Source: an uncultured Flavobacteriaceae bacterium
GTDB taxonomy: Bacteria > Bacteroidota > Bacteroidia > AKYH767-A > OLB10
Direction: 5' to 3'
Assembly (NCBI GenBank): GCA_964432885.1
Contig: CAYSPG010000017.1
Location: 1,341-65,340, forward strand
Length of the DNA: 64,000 nucleotides
Positions 18,901-28,961 of this stretch are shown one piece after another. Both the position numbers and the translations under genes were made by a program. The stretch's first letter is position 1; every line of letters starts with the position of its first letter. The notes beneath the pieces are model-generated. The model made no database searches. It was not told the DNA's origin and saw only the letters and a list, made by a program, of their open reading frames with translations.

Positions 18901-20664
18901 TTAAACAACCATGTTGGATGCACTGTTGCTTTTTTGGCTGTGTAGGTTTGTTTGGTTAATAAATTTTAAATCTTTAATGTTTAATTGAAGTGATGTAAAT
19001 CCGTTAAACTTATTTTCTTCAACATGATAGCAAACATCAAAACATTTTCCTTTTTCAATTTCGGGGTGATGCTCACCAAGCTGAAATGCAATACTGTCAA
19101 AAGCAGTTTTGTTTCCATTTTGTTGCAATGAAAGTTTAAGATGATTGTTACCAACAATACGTCCCATACCTTTATCTTTTACACTATTGGTTAAAAAAAC
19201 AGGAGCCATGTTACCAGGACCAAACGGAGCAAACTGTTTTAAAATATTATAAAACGAAGGCGTTATATCTTTTAAGTCAATGGTAGCATCAATTTCAACT
19301 TCTGGAGTAAGCATGTAATCCTGAATGGTAGAGGAAACTACCTCCTCAAATTTTTGAATAAACTTTTCGATGTTATGTGGAAACATGGTAAGGCCTGCAG
19401 CATACATATGCCCACCAAACTGGTCAAGCAAAGGTGCGCATGCTTCAATGGCATTATAAACATCAAAGTCTTTTACCGATCGGGCAGAGCCTGCGATTTG
19501 ACCGTTTGACATGGTAAGCACAACAGTGGGCCGGTAAAATTTATCTGTTAAACGTGATGCTACTATTCCTATCACACCCTTATGCCACTTGGGATTATAC
19601 ACCACCGTTGATTTACGGTTTGCAAAATTTTTATCGTTGCTTATAATCTCAAGTGCTTCCTCGGTTATAGTTTTGTCAACATCGCGCCTGTCTTCGTTTT
19701 TTTTGTTAATTCGTTCGGTATTAGATTTGGCAATGGCAGGATCGTTTGAAATTAAAAGTTCCACCGCATGTTTGCCATGCTCCATTCGGCCGGCTGCATT
19801 TATACGGGGTGCTATAAGGAACACTACATCATTAACAGTAAGTTCGCGTTTATAACCACCGGCATCAAGTATAGCTTTTATTCCAGGACGAGGATTTGCA
19901 TTTAACGTTTTAAGTCCAAAATGGGTAAGAATTCTGTTTTCGCCCGTAACAGGAACAATGTCGGCTGCTATGCTGATGGCCACCAGATCAAGGTATTTTT
20001 CTATTTCAGCAAATGGAATATTGTTTTTTTGGGCGTAAGCCTGCACCAACTTAAATCCTATACCACAACCTGGAAGTTCCTTGTAGGGATATTCACAGTC
20101 GGTACGTTTTGGGTCAAGTACAGCCACAGCATCAGGAATTACAGCACCTGGGCGATGATGATCGCAAATTATAAAGTCAATATTTTTTTGTTTGGCGTAA
20201 TCAACTTTCTCCATCGCTTTTATGCCACAATCCAATGCAATAATTAATGAGTACCCATTTTGTTTAGCAAAGTCAATACCAGCTATAGATACACCATACC
20301 CTTCGGTATTGCGGTCGGGAATGTAAAATCCACAGTGCTGAAATTTGTCGTTAAAAAAAGTGTAAACCAAAGCAACTGCGGTGGTGCCATCAACATCATA
20401 ATCGCCATACACCAGCACCTTTTCTTTTTTATGGATTGCCTGCTCGATGCGCGCAATGGCCTTGTGCATATCGGCCATCAAAAATGGATTGTGTAGTGCA
20501 TCAAGAGAAGGACGAAAAAAACTTTTTGCTGAATCAAAACATCTAATGCCGCGTTGTACTAAAAGCGTAGCAAGCACATGGTTTATGTTTAGCTGTTTTG
20601 ATAAAGATTCGGCTATCTCCTTATCGGCTTGCGGTTTTAGTACCCATCGTTTATCCATTAGCAA
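18901..20664 (-). CDS. recJ: Single-stranded-DNA-specific exonuclease RecJ
   Basis: DHH motifs YGDYDVDGTTA and DHHRPG. Also GGHMYAAG. 587 aa. Confidence 0.95.
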   Translation of the reverse strand: MLMDKRWVLKPQADKEIAESLSKQLNINHVLATLLVQRGIRCFDSAKSFFRPSLDALHNPFLMADMHKAIARIEQAIHKKEKVLVYGDYDVDGTTAVALVYTFFNDKFQHCGFYIPDRNTEGYGVSIAGIDFAKQNGYSLIIALDCGIKAMEKVDYAKQKNIDFIICDHHRPGAVIPDAVAVLDPKRTDCEYPYKELPGCGIGFKLVQAYAQKNNIPFAEIEKYLDLVAISIAADIVPVTGENRILTHFGLKTLNANPRPGIKAILDAGGYKRELTVNDVVFLIAPRINAAGRMEHGKHAVELLISNDPAIAKSNTERINKKNEDRRDVDKTITEEALEIISNDKNFANRKSTVVYNPKWHKGVIGIVASRLTDKFYRPTVVLTMSNGQIAGSARSVKDFDVYNAIEACAPLLDQFGGHMYAAGLTMFPHNIEKFIQKFEEVVSSTIQDYMLTPEVEIDATIDLKDITPSFYNILKQFAPFGPGNMAPVFLTNSVKDKGMGRIVGNNHLKLSLQQNGNKTAFDSIAFQLGEHHPEIEKGKCFDVCYHVEENKFNGFTSLQLNIKDLKFINQTNLHSQKSNSASNMVV

Positions 20665-20763
20665 TATTGATTAAAATAAATCCGCAACAATAATTTTGCA
20701 AATGTAAATTTATGAAAATACCGCTGACCTAAAAGAGGGATAAGTTATTGACACCAGCAAATA

Positions 20764-22680
20764 CTACACTTTTACTTTTACATTAAGCGCACTAAGTACG
20801 GCATTTATAATGGCGTTTTTGTCAAAATTACATTCTGCATAAAGTTCTTTTTGTTCGCCATGTTCGATAAAGCGGTCGGGTATGCCAAGGCGGGTAATGT
20901 CGGCAGCGTATCCGTTATCAATCATAAATTCGGCAATGGCGCTTCCCATTCCGCCTTGCAGGCAGCCATCTTCAACGGTAATAATTTTTTTGAAGTTTGA
21001 AAAAACTTCGTGTAACAGCATTTGATCAAGTGGTTTTACAAAGCGGATATCGTAATGGGCAGGATAAATGTTTTTGGTTGCAAGTTCATCGCAAGCGGCT
21101 ATGGCAAAGTTGCCGGGATGACCAATGGTAAGTATTGCCACCTCATCGCCACCGCGTAGTTTGCGGCCTGTGCCCACAGGTATGGCTTTAAAAGGTGTTT
21201 TCCAATCAATCATTACACCATTGCCACGGGGATAGCGTATGCAAAACGGCCCCATGTTATCGTGCTGCGCGGTAAACATAAGGTTGCGAAGTTCTTCTTC
21301 GTTCATAGGTGCAGACACAATAATGTTTGGTATGCAGCGCATGTAAGCCAAATCAAAAGCGCCATGGTGTGTGGGGCCATCGGCACCTGCAATTCCTCCT
21401 CTGTCAAGACAAAAAACAACATTTAATTTTTGAAGCGCCACATCATGCACCACCTGGTCGTAAGCCCGCTGCATAAAGCTGGAGTAAATGTTGCAAAACG
21501 GGATCATGCCTTGTGTGGCAAGTCCGGCAGAAAATGTAACGGCATGTTGTTCGGCAATGCCTACGTCAAAAGCTCGGTCGGGCATGGCTTTCATCATTAT
21601 GTTTAACGAACAGCCCGAAGGCATGGCAGGTGTTATTCCAACAACCTTTGAATTTTTTTCTGCAAGTTCAACCATGGTATGTCCAAATACATCCTGATAT
21701 TTGGGAGGTTGCGGGGCTGTATTTTGGGGTTTAAAAATTTCGCCACTTATTTTATCAAACAATCCAGGTGCATGCCACTTGGTTTGATCCTGTTCAGCAA
21801 GTTTAAAGCCTTTGCCTTTTATAGTAAGACAATGAAGAATTTTTGGGCCGGGAATTTTTTTCAGGTCATCCAGAACTTTGGCAAGGTGGTTAACATCGTG
21901 CCCATCAATAGGACCAAAGTACCGAAAGCGTAATGACTCAAACAGATTGCTTTGTTTAAGCAAAGCTGATTTAACAGCGCCCTCAATTTTTTGTGCAATT
22001 GCCTGTGCATTGGGACCAAATTTGCTTATTACTCCAAGGGCTTTCCACAATTCATCTTTTACCTTATTGTAAGCATGAGATGTGGTGATGTCGGTTAAAT
22101 ATTCTTTTAGTGCACCCACGTTTGGGTCAATGCTCATACAGTTATCATTAAGTATTACCAACAGGTTGCTGTTTTCTACTCCGGCATGATTAAGTGCTTC
22201 AAAGGCCATGCCGGCTGTCATGGCACCATCGCCTATTACGGCAATGTGTTGGCGGTTTTTATCATTTTTAAGCCGCGATGCCACACTCATACCCAGCGCA
22301 GCTGATATAGATGTGGAAGAATGACCAACACCAAAGGTGTCGTACTCACTTTCTGAACGTTTTGGAAAACCACTAATGCCCTGATAAATTCTATTGGTAT
22401 GAAAAACGTTTCTGCGACCGGTTAAAATTTTGTGTCCGTAAGCTTGATGACCAACGTCCCAAACAAGTTGGTCGGCAGGGGTATTAAATATGTAATGCAA
22501 TGCAACCGTAAGCTCAACAACACCAAGGCTTGCTCCAAAGTGCCCTCCATTTACCGAAACAATATCAATAATAAATTGTCGCAATTCGTTACAAACCTGC
22601 TGTAGTTGCTCAGGTTTTAATTTGCGTAAATCTTCTGGGGTGTTTATTTTTTCTAAAAGTTCGCCCGGTTTTATTTGCAT
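20764..22680 (-). CDS. dxs: 1-deoxy-D-xylulose-5-phosphate synthase
   Basis: GGHFGASLGVVELTVALHY, VIGDGAMTAGMAFEALNHAG and the transketolase-like C-terminal domain. 638 aa. Confidence 0.95.
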   Translation of the reverse strand: MQIKPGELLEKINTPEDLRKLKPEQLQQVCNELRQFIIDIVSVNGGHFGASLGVVELTVALHYIFNTPADQLVWDVGHQAYGHKILTGRRNVFHTNRIYQGISGFPKRSESEYDTFGVGHSSTSISAALGMSVASRLKNDKNRQHIAVIGDGAMTAGMAFEALNHAGVENSNLLVILNDNCMSIDPNVGALKEYLTDITTSHAYNKVKDELWKALGVISKFGPNAQAIAQKIEGAVKSALLKQSNLFESLRFRYFGPIDGHDVNHLAKVLDDLKKIPGPKILHCLTIKGKGFKLAEQDQTKWHAPGLFDKISGEIFKPQNTAPQPPKYQDVFGHTMVELAEKNSKVVGITPAMPSGCSLNIMMKAMPDRAFDVGIAEQHAVTFSAGLATQGMIPFCNIYSSFMQRAYDQVVHDVALQKLNVVFCLDRGGIAGADGPTHHGAFDLAYMRCIPNIIVSAPMNEEELRNLMFTAQHDNMGPFCIRYPRGNGVMIDWKTPFKAIPVGTGRKLRGGDEVAILTIGHPGNFAIAACDELATKNIYPAHYDIRFVKPLDQMLLHEVFSNFKKIITVEDGCLQGGMGSAIAEFMIDNGYAADITRLGIPDRFIEHGEQKELYAECNFDKNAIINAVLSALNVKVKV

Positions 22681-23023
22681 ACGTGTAATTAACAGGGCAA
22701 ATGTACTAAAAAGGGAGGGGTTTTAATGCATTGAAATTGCAGGAACAATAAGAAAACTATTATTGATTATAAGCCAAATAAACTTATACCTTTCTATTAA
22801 TATAGATACCATGGATTAGCATGACATGATTTTGAAGTAAAATCAATAGAGAGTAAGTTATTTATACCTGAAAAAGATATTTTACCTGACTACAATGCAT
22901 TAAATATATAATTAGCTCCAAAATAAACCAAAGCAAATTGTTTTTCTATTTTTACTGCCTATAAAAAAGCTGTCTTTTAAAAATCACACACCCCATTAAA
23001 CAACTTTATATATCTATAATAGA

Positions 23024-24319
23024 ATGAACATAAAATACCAACCCATTTCAAACAAACTTTTTATCGATAACCGTAAAAAATTTGTGGCTGCCTTAAAGCC
23101 AAAGTCTATTGCTATTTTTAATTCCAATGATGAAATGCCCCGCAGTGGCGACCAAAATTTTACATTCAGGCAAAATGCCGACTTGTTTTACTTAACCGGT
23201 ATAGACCAGGAAGAAAGCATTCTTGTAATTTTTCCTGACAGCCCATTACCCCAGTACCGCGAAATTTTATTTGTACGTAAAACCAATGAGCATATAGCAG
23301 TATGGGAAGGTCATAAATATACTAAGGAAGAAGCACGCGCCACTTCAGGCATCCAGTCGGTTTACTGGACCGAAGATTTTAACTCCATTGTTCCCATGCT
23401 AATGCATCACACACAAAATGTGTATGTAAACATAAACGAAAACGACCGCCATTCAACCGAAGTGCCTTATCGTGATATACGTTTTGCACGCCAATGGCGC
23501 GATAGGTTTCCGGGCCATAACTTTGAACGTTGTGGACAAATTATGTCACTATTACGATCCGTAAAACATGAGTTGGAAATTGCACTAATACAAAAAGCCA
23601 TCGATGTTACCGAGAGCGCTTTCAGACGTGTGCTCAAGTTTGTAAAACCCGGTGTTATGGAGTATCAGATTGAAGCGGAAATAATTCATGAGTTTATAAA
23701 CAACCGCTGCAGCGGACATGCTTACAACCCAATCATCGCATCAGGAAAAAGCGCTTGTGTACTTCACTATAATCAAAACAACCAACCTTGTAATGATGGC
23801 GATTTGCTGTTAATGGATTTTGGCGCTGAGTATGCAAACTATGCCGCAGACCTTACGCGTACCATACCTGTAAACGGAAAATTTACGCAACGCCAAAAAG
23901 ATGTTTACAATGCTACATTACGTGTAATGCGCTCTGCCACCAAAATGCTGGTGCCGGGTAACACAATTGAAAAATATCATGCCGAAGTAGGATTGCTTAT
24001 GCAAGAAGAATTAATAAAACTTGGATTGATTACTGCCGATGATGTAAAAAAACAAAACCCTGATTTACCCGCCTACAAAAAATATTTTATGCATGGTACA
24101 TCACACTTTTTAGGATTGGATGTGCATGATTTAGGAAACAAGTATTTACCCATGAAGGCCGGAATGGTTTTTACCTGCGAGCCTGGCATTTATATTCCTG
24201 AAGAAAACATTGGTATACGTATAGAAAACAACATACTTCTTACCGATAAATCACCCATTGATTTAATGGCAACCATGCCTGTGGAGGTAGAAGATATTCA
24301 AGCGCTAATGCAGAAATAA
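23024..24319 (+). CDS. Xaa-Pro aminopeptidase (M24B, PepP family)
   Basis: N-terminal creatinase/AMP_N-like region. M24 metal-ligand segments DFGAEYANYAADLTRT, HGTSHFLGLDVHD and TCEPGIY. Confidence 0.85.
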   Translation: MNIKYQPISNKLFIDNRKKFVAALKPKSIAIFNSNDEMPRSGDQNFTFRQNADLFYLTGIDQEESILVIFPDSPLPQYREILFVRKTNEHIAVWEGHKYTKEEARATSGIQSVYWTEDFNSIVPMLMHHTQNVYVNINENDRHSTEVPYRDIRFARQWRDRFPGHNFERCGQIMSLLRSVKHELEIALIQKAIDVTESAFRRVLKFVKPGVMEYQIEAEIIHEFINNRCSGHAYNPIIASGKSACVLHYNQNNQPCNDGDLLLMDFGAEYANYAADLTRTIPVNGKFTQRQKDVYNATLRVMRSATKMLVPGNTIEKYHAEVGLLMQEELIKLGLITADDVKKQNPDLPAYKKYFMHGTSHFLGLDVHDLGNKYLPMKAGMVFTCEPGIYIPEENIGIRIENNILLTDKSPIDLMATMPVEVEDIQALMQK

Positions 24320-24493
24320 TAGTTGGCATTTCGTACTTTTTTTATTTTAAATTACGCACATCGCACTGTTTATACTTAACCGTATATGCTTAGCAGCCTG
24401 TACCTTTATCATTAATTTTGCAAGGCGCAACAAGCAAAAAACACTTAAACCTTTATCCGGTTTTTTTCGTAAAAACCATTTGCAAAAAGCAAT

Positions 24494-25630
24494 TTGATGA
24501 AAAAAATTTTGATAGTAGTAGGTACCCGCCCTAACTTTATAAAAATTACCCGCTTTAAAAAAGTTAATACGTTAATGGGTAATCCTTTTGAAATACGCAT
24601 TGTACACACAGGTCAGCATTATGATAGTAAAATGGCTGATATATTTTTTGAACAGTTTGAGCTTGAACCCGATTTTTGGCTCGAAATTCCGCCTGCATCA
24701 GCAAACATTCAAATGGCCGAAATAATGATTAGGCTTGAAAAAGCGCTGGATGAATATCACCCCGATTTAATGATGGTAGTGGGCGATGTAAATTCAACTT
24801 TTGCTGCTGCCCTAACTGCCAATAAAATGAACATTAAAATTGCGCATATCGAAAGTGGCTTGCGAAGTTTTGACCGCACCATGCCCGAAGAAATTAATCG
24901 GCTTCTTACCGATGAAATTACCGACTACTTTTTTGTAACCGAACAAAGCGGATATAGTAATCTGATAAAAGAAGGCCGCAATAAAGAAAACATATTTTTT
25001 GTGGGTAATACCATGATTGATACCCTTGTAGGATTTGACAATAAAATTCAACAAAGTGATATATTAAAAAAGCTGGAACTAACCCCAAAACATTTTGTGC
25101 TAATGACCATGCACCGCCCTGCAACAGTTGATTTTGAAAACGGGTTAAAAAAATTACTTGATGTGATAGAGTATATTACCAAAAAAGTAAATCTTGTATT
25201 TCCAATACATCCGCGTACGCTAAACCGAATAGAAGATTTTGGTTTGATGGACAGAATAAAACAAAACAAAAAAATAATTTTAACCGAGCCACTGGATTAT
25301 TTTGCCTTTCAAAAACTAATCAGCGATAGCGCTTATGTTATTACCGATAGCGGAGGTATACAAGAAGAAACAACATTCAGAAAAATTCCTTGCCTGACGT
25401 TGCGTGCAAATACCGAAAGACCCAGCACCGTTGATGTAGGAACAAACGAACTGGTTCCATTTGATATAAAAATAATTTCAAATAAAATTGAACAAATACT
25501 GACAGGAAAATATAAAAAAGGCGAGGTTCCCAAAATGTGGGATGGACATTCAACCGACCGCATACTACAACACTGCATTACCATTTTAAATGCAACGCCT
25601 AACACTCCTCAACCTATTTCAATAAGCTGA
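24494..25630 (+). CDS. UDP-N-acetylglucosamine 2-epimerase (non-hydrolysing, WecB/MnaA family), copy 1
   Basis: VGTRPNFIKI, HTGQHYD, GDVNSTFAAALTA, HIESGLRSFDRTMPEEINR, DSGGIQEE. Confidence 0.85.
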   Translation: MMKKILIVVGTRPNFIKITRFKKVNTLMGNPFEIRIVHTGQHYDSKMADIFFEQFELEPDFWLEIPPASANIQMAEIMIRLEKALDEYHPDLMMVVGDVNSTFAAALTANKMNIKIAHIESGLRSFDRTMPEEINRLLTDEITDYFFVTEQSGYSNLIKEGRNKENIFFVGNTMIDTLVGFDNKIQQSDILKKLELTPKHFVLMTMHRPATVDFENGLKKLLDVIEYITKKVNLVFPIHPRTLNRIEDFGLMDRIKQNKKIILTEPLDYFAFQKLISDSAYVITDSGGIQEETTFRKIPCLTLRANTERPSTVDVGTNELVPFDIKIISNKIEQILTGKYKKGEVPKMWDGHSTDRILQHCITILNATPNTPQPISIS

Positions 25631-25639
25631 TTTTTTCTG

Positions 25640-26641
25640 ATGGAAGTTTATAGCCATTTAAATCCACGCCATCAAAACGCGCTGGCAGCCATCACCAATG
25701 ATTTCCCCTTCCAGTTCCTATCTGGATTTACTCTGTTTTACAAAAACTTTATGAAAGAAGATTTGGAAATAGTGTACAATAAGGAAATGGATGCCTATAT
25801 ACCTGTGCGCATCATTCAATCAAAGTTTTTTAGTTTGGGACAAATAATGCATGCTCCTATAAGAAATAATCAGGAACTTTTACCACAGGACCAACTATTA
25901 TTTTTTAAAAAATTGCTTGCCCATTTTTTAAAACACAAATCAATTGTTCGTTTTGTGCAGCCGCACCCATACGGAATATTGGGGGCCGTACCAGAAGGCG
26001 CTCACTCGTGTGAGTTTGGTACTTATGTCATTAATCTTCAACAAAACTACGAGGACATCTTTAATGCATTTCATCCCAAATACCAAAAAGCCATTTTACA
26101 TTCGGAAAAAAATGGAGCTGTAGTTAAATTTGGATTGAATGTGCTTAGCGATTTTTATAAATGTTATGCTGAAACAATGCAGCGTGTTGGAATGAAAGCA
26201 GAATCATTTGATTTTTTTCAATCCTTTTATCGTTGCATGGGCAGTGATAATGTTACAGCCGGAGTGGTATATGATAATGACGAACCCATTGGAGGAATAT
26301 TTATGCTGCACTCAAAGTTTGCTGCTTTGTGTACACATGCCGGAAGCCGTGGCGAATCGAAACTTTATGGTGCCATGAAATACCTGCATGCACAAATGAT
26401 GCGCAAATTAAAAGCGCACGAAATTTTAAAATACGATTTGGTAGGTGTGCGTATTGGAAATAATGATCCGGCATTAGAAGGTATTTTCCGTTTTAAAAAA
26501 GGTTTTGGTGGAGATTTAAAAACAGGATACCTGTGGAAAATAGATTTAAATCCTGTAAAGGCAAAAATGTATGACCTTTTAATAAAGCTAAAACATAAAG
26601 GTGCACCATATAAAGACATTATAGACCAAGTAAACACCTAA
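25640..26641 (+). CDS. FemAB-like / GNAT-fold acyl- or peptidyl-transferase family protein (tentative)
   Basis: Size and context in a glycan locus immediately after the epimerase (9-bp gap). There is weak resemblance to the FemAB/BioF2-like acetyltransferase family, with no crisp motif. Confidence 0.35.
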   Translation: MEVYSHLNPRHQNALAAITNDFPFQFLSGFTLFYKNFMKEDLEIVYNKEMDAYIPVRIIQSKFFSLGQIMHAPIRNNQELLPQDQLLFFKKLLAHFLKHKSIVRFVQPHPYGILGAVPEGAHSCEFGTYVINLQQNYEDIFNAFHPKYQKAILHSEKNGAVVKFGLNVLSDFYKCYAETMQRVGMKAESFDFFQSFYRCMGSDNVTAGVVYDNDEPIGGIFMLHSKFAALCTHAGSRGESKLYGAMKYLHAQMMRKLKAHEILKYDLVGVRIGNNDPALEGIFRFKKGFGGDLKTGYLWKIDLNPVKAKMYDLLIKLKHKGAPYKDIIDQVNT

Positions 26642-26675
26642 CCTATTTAAAAATTTTACTATTTGATAAAAATAT

Positions 26676-27857
26676 ATGCATGTACTTTTAGTTCCATCGT
26701 GGTACAAATCTATTACTGAGCCTGTACTTGGTACTTTTTTTGAAGAACAGGCCCGTGCCCTTATAAAGGCTGGTCATAAGGTAGGAATTATTTATCCGCA
26801 ACTTGCTCCGGTAAGCGCAATGTTTGGCAAAAAAGATGAAATCAATGAATTTTTTAACGACCATGGTTTACCTACATTTTCCTTTATTTATCAGTCAAAA
26901 ATTCCAAAACTAAGATCGGTAATATATAAACGTTTTGCCGATAGGGTATCAAAAGTTTTTTCTTTGTACACCGAGCAATACGGTACTCCTGATATTATTC
27001 ACGCTCATTCGGTTTTTCATGGAGGCATAGCTGCTTTTTATATTTCAAAAGCCAATAATATTCCAATAGTAATTACTGAACATCTTACCGCTTTTATGAA
27101 TGGAAGCATAACTCATAAAGATGACATTAAGTTGTCATCTTCCATTTTTAGAAAGGCCAATGCTTCAATAATTGTAAGCCACAATTTTAAAAAAGATATT
27201 GAAAATGCTTTAAGACTTCCATCTGATACATTTACTGTAGTCCATAATATGGTGGCCGATTTATTTTTTGAAAACGTAAAGGAAAAAAAACACCTGCCGG
27301 GAGAAGAATTCTTATTTTTCACCAATTCATTTTTACTGCCCCGAAAAAACCACAAACTGATTTTTGAAGCGATAAAAATACTGATTGAAAAAGGAGTAAA
27401 CGTGCGGCTTAGAGTTGGAGGCGATGGCCCATTAAAAGACGATTTAACCGCTTTGACTTTAAGCATGGGTCTTGAAAATAAAATAACTTTTCTTGGAGCC
27501 TTATCACGCCAGCAGGTAAAAGAAGAGGTAGATGCCTGCCACTCGTTTGTATTATCAAGTTTATACGAAACTTTTGGAGTGGTGCTTATTGAGAGTTTTG
27601 CTTGCGGCAGACCTGTGGTTGTTACCGATTCGGGCGGACCAAGAGATTTTGTTACACCATCAAATGGAATACTGGTTAATGAATTTGATGCAACAAAACT
27701 TGCAAACGGGATGCAAGAAATTATAGAAAACTACAGCACATATAACCAACTTCAAATTTCAAAAAGTTGTTTCGACCTTTTTAATGAAAAAAAAATTGAA
27801 TCGGAAATAGAAGCGATTTATAAAAACATTTTAATACCTAAAAAACAAAGTACATAA
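26676..27857 (+). CDS. Glycosyltransferase family 4 (GT-B, group 1)
   Basis: The C-terminal ETFGVVLIESFACGRPVVVTDSGGPRDFV is the E-X7-E GT4 signature region. Confidence 0.85.
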   Translation: MHVLLVPSWYKSITEPVLGTFFEEQARALIKAGHKVGIIYPQLAPVSAMFGKKDEINEFFNDHGLPTFSFIYQSKIPKLRSVIYKRFADRVSKVFSLYTEQYGTPDIIHAHSVFHGGIAAFYISKANNIPIVITEHLTAFMNGSITHKDDIKLSSSIFRKANASIIVSHNFKKDIENALRLPSDTFTVVHNMVADLFFENVKEKKHLPGEEFLFFTNSFLLPRKNHKLIFEAIKILIEKGVNVRLRVGGDGPLKDDLTALTLSMGLENKITFLGALSRQQVKEEVDACHSFVLSSLYETFGVVLIESFACGRPVVVTDSGGPRDFVTPSNGILVNEFDATKLANGMQEIIENYSTYNQLQISKSCFDLFNEKKIESEIEAIYKNILIPKKQST

Positions 27858-27885
27858 TAGGGTGTTACTGTTCTTTAATTAGCCT

Positions 27886-28932
27886 ATGCAAAAAAAAAAA
27901 TTACTCATCACCTTTGATTATGAACTTTTTTTAGGTAACCGCAGTGGAAACACCACCGAATGCCTGTTTACCCCAACCAACAAAGTGCTTGATGTAATAG
28001 AAAGTAAAAATGCTAAAGCCATTTTTTTTGTTGACACAACTTACTTACTAACGCTTAAAAAAAATCAAAACCATAACAGCAAAATAAAACTTGATTTTGA
28101 ACAAGTTTGCAACCACATTGCTTCAATGGTTAAAAGAGGACATTATGTTTATCCTCACCTTCATCCCCACTGGCTTGATGCAGAATACATAGATTCATCA
28201 AATGAATGGCGTTTAAATAACACCAGTAAGTACCGCTTTCATCACTGTTCAATACAACAACGCGAAGAGGTATTTGATAGATCAATGGAGTTGCTTTATC
28301 AGATTATTCAACCTATTAACACAAGCTACAACATTGATGCTTACCGGGCAGGTGGTTGGTGCATACAACCATTTGATGATTTTTTGCCTTTTTTTAATAA
28401 GCATAATATTAAATTTGACTTTAGTGTTTTGGGGGGGTTTTATTTGTTTAGCAACGCACAGTATTTCGACTTTTCATTGGCACCTGAAAAAAATATTTAC
28501 GCCTTTAGCAACAACGTTACTGCTGAAGATATCGCTGGTTCCTTTTATCAGTTCAATATTTCTTCCATCCATATAAACCCGGTAACAAAATTTGCTGAAC
28601 GCCTTTTTCTAAAACTATACACTAAGCTGTTTAATGACCATAGCTATAATCGTGGTGAAGGACAAATTGCAGTTAAACTTGATTTGCAAAATTTTAAACC
28701 AGCTACCAGTGGGCATGATATTCTCGATTCAAATTGGGAACGTGTAGCTATCGAATTACTTACCAGAATGAAGCTTCCTGTTTATAAAAAGCTTTTTTCA
28801 GAAACCGATTATATGCATTTTATATCTCACCCAAAAATGCTCACAAATCATAACATTAGAATGTTTGACAAATTTCTTCAACATGCCTTTTCAAAGTATG
28901 ATCTTGAAACCGATTTTAAGAAAATGATTTAA
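27886..28932 (+). CDS. Polysaccharide deacetylase-like (CE4/NodB-like) protein (tentative)
   Basis: N-terminal LLITFDYELFLG...AKAIFFVDTTYL resembles the TFDDG...ATFFV NodB motif region. Several His-rich segments (HPHLHPHW). Confidence 0.4.
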   Translation: MQKKKLLITFDYELFLGNRSGNTTECLFTPTNKVLDVIESKNAKAIFFVDTTYLLTLKKNQNHNSKIKLDFEQVCNHIASMVKRGHYVYPHLHPHWLDAEYIDSSNEWRLNNTSKYRFHHCSIQQREEVFDRSMELLYQIIQPINTSYNIDAYRAGGWCIQPFDDFLPFFNKHNIKFDFSVLGGFYLFSNAQYFDFSLAPEKNIYAFSNNVTAEDIAGSFYQFNISSIHINPVTKFAERLFLKLYTKLFNDHSYNRGEGQIAVKLDLQNFKPATSGHDILDSNWERVAIELLTRMKLPVYKKLFSETDYMHFISHPKMLTNHNIRMFDKFLQHAFSKYDLETDFKKMI

Positions 28933-28961
28933 TTAATTGAAAAATTTCAGAAGAACTTTTA

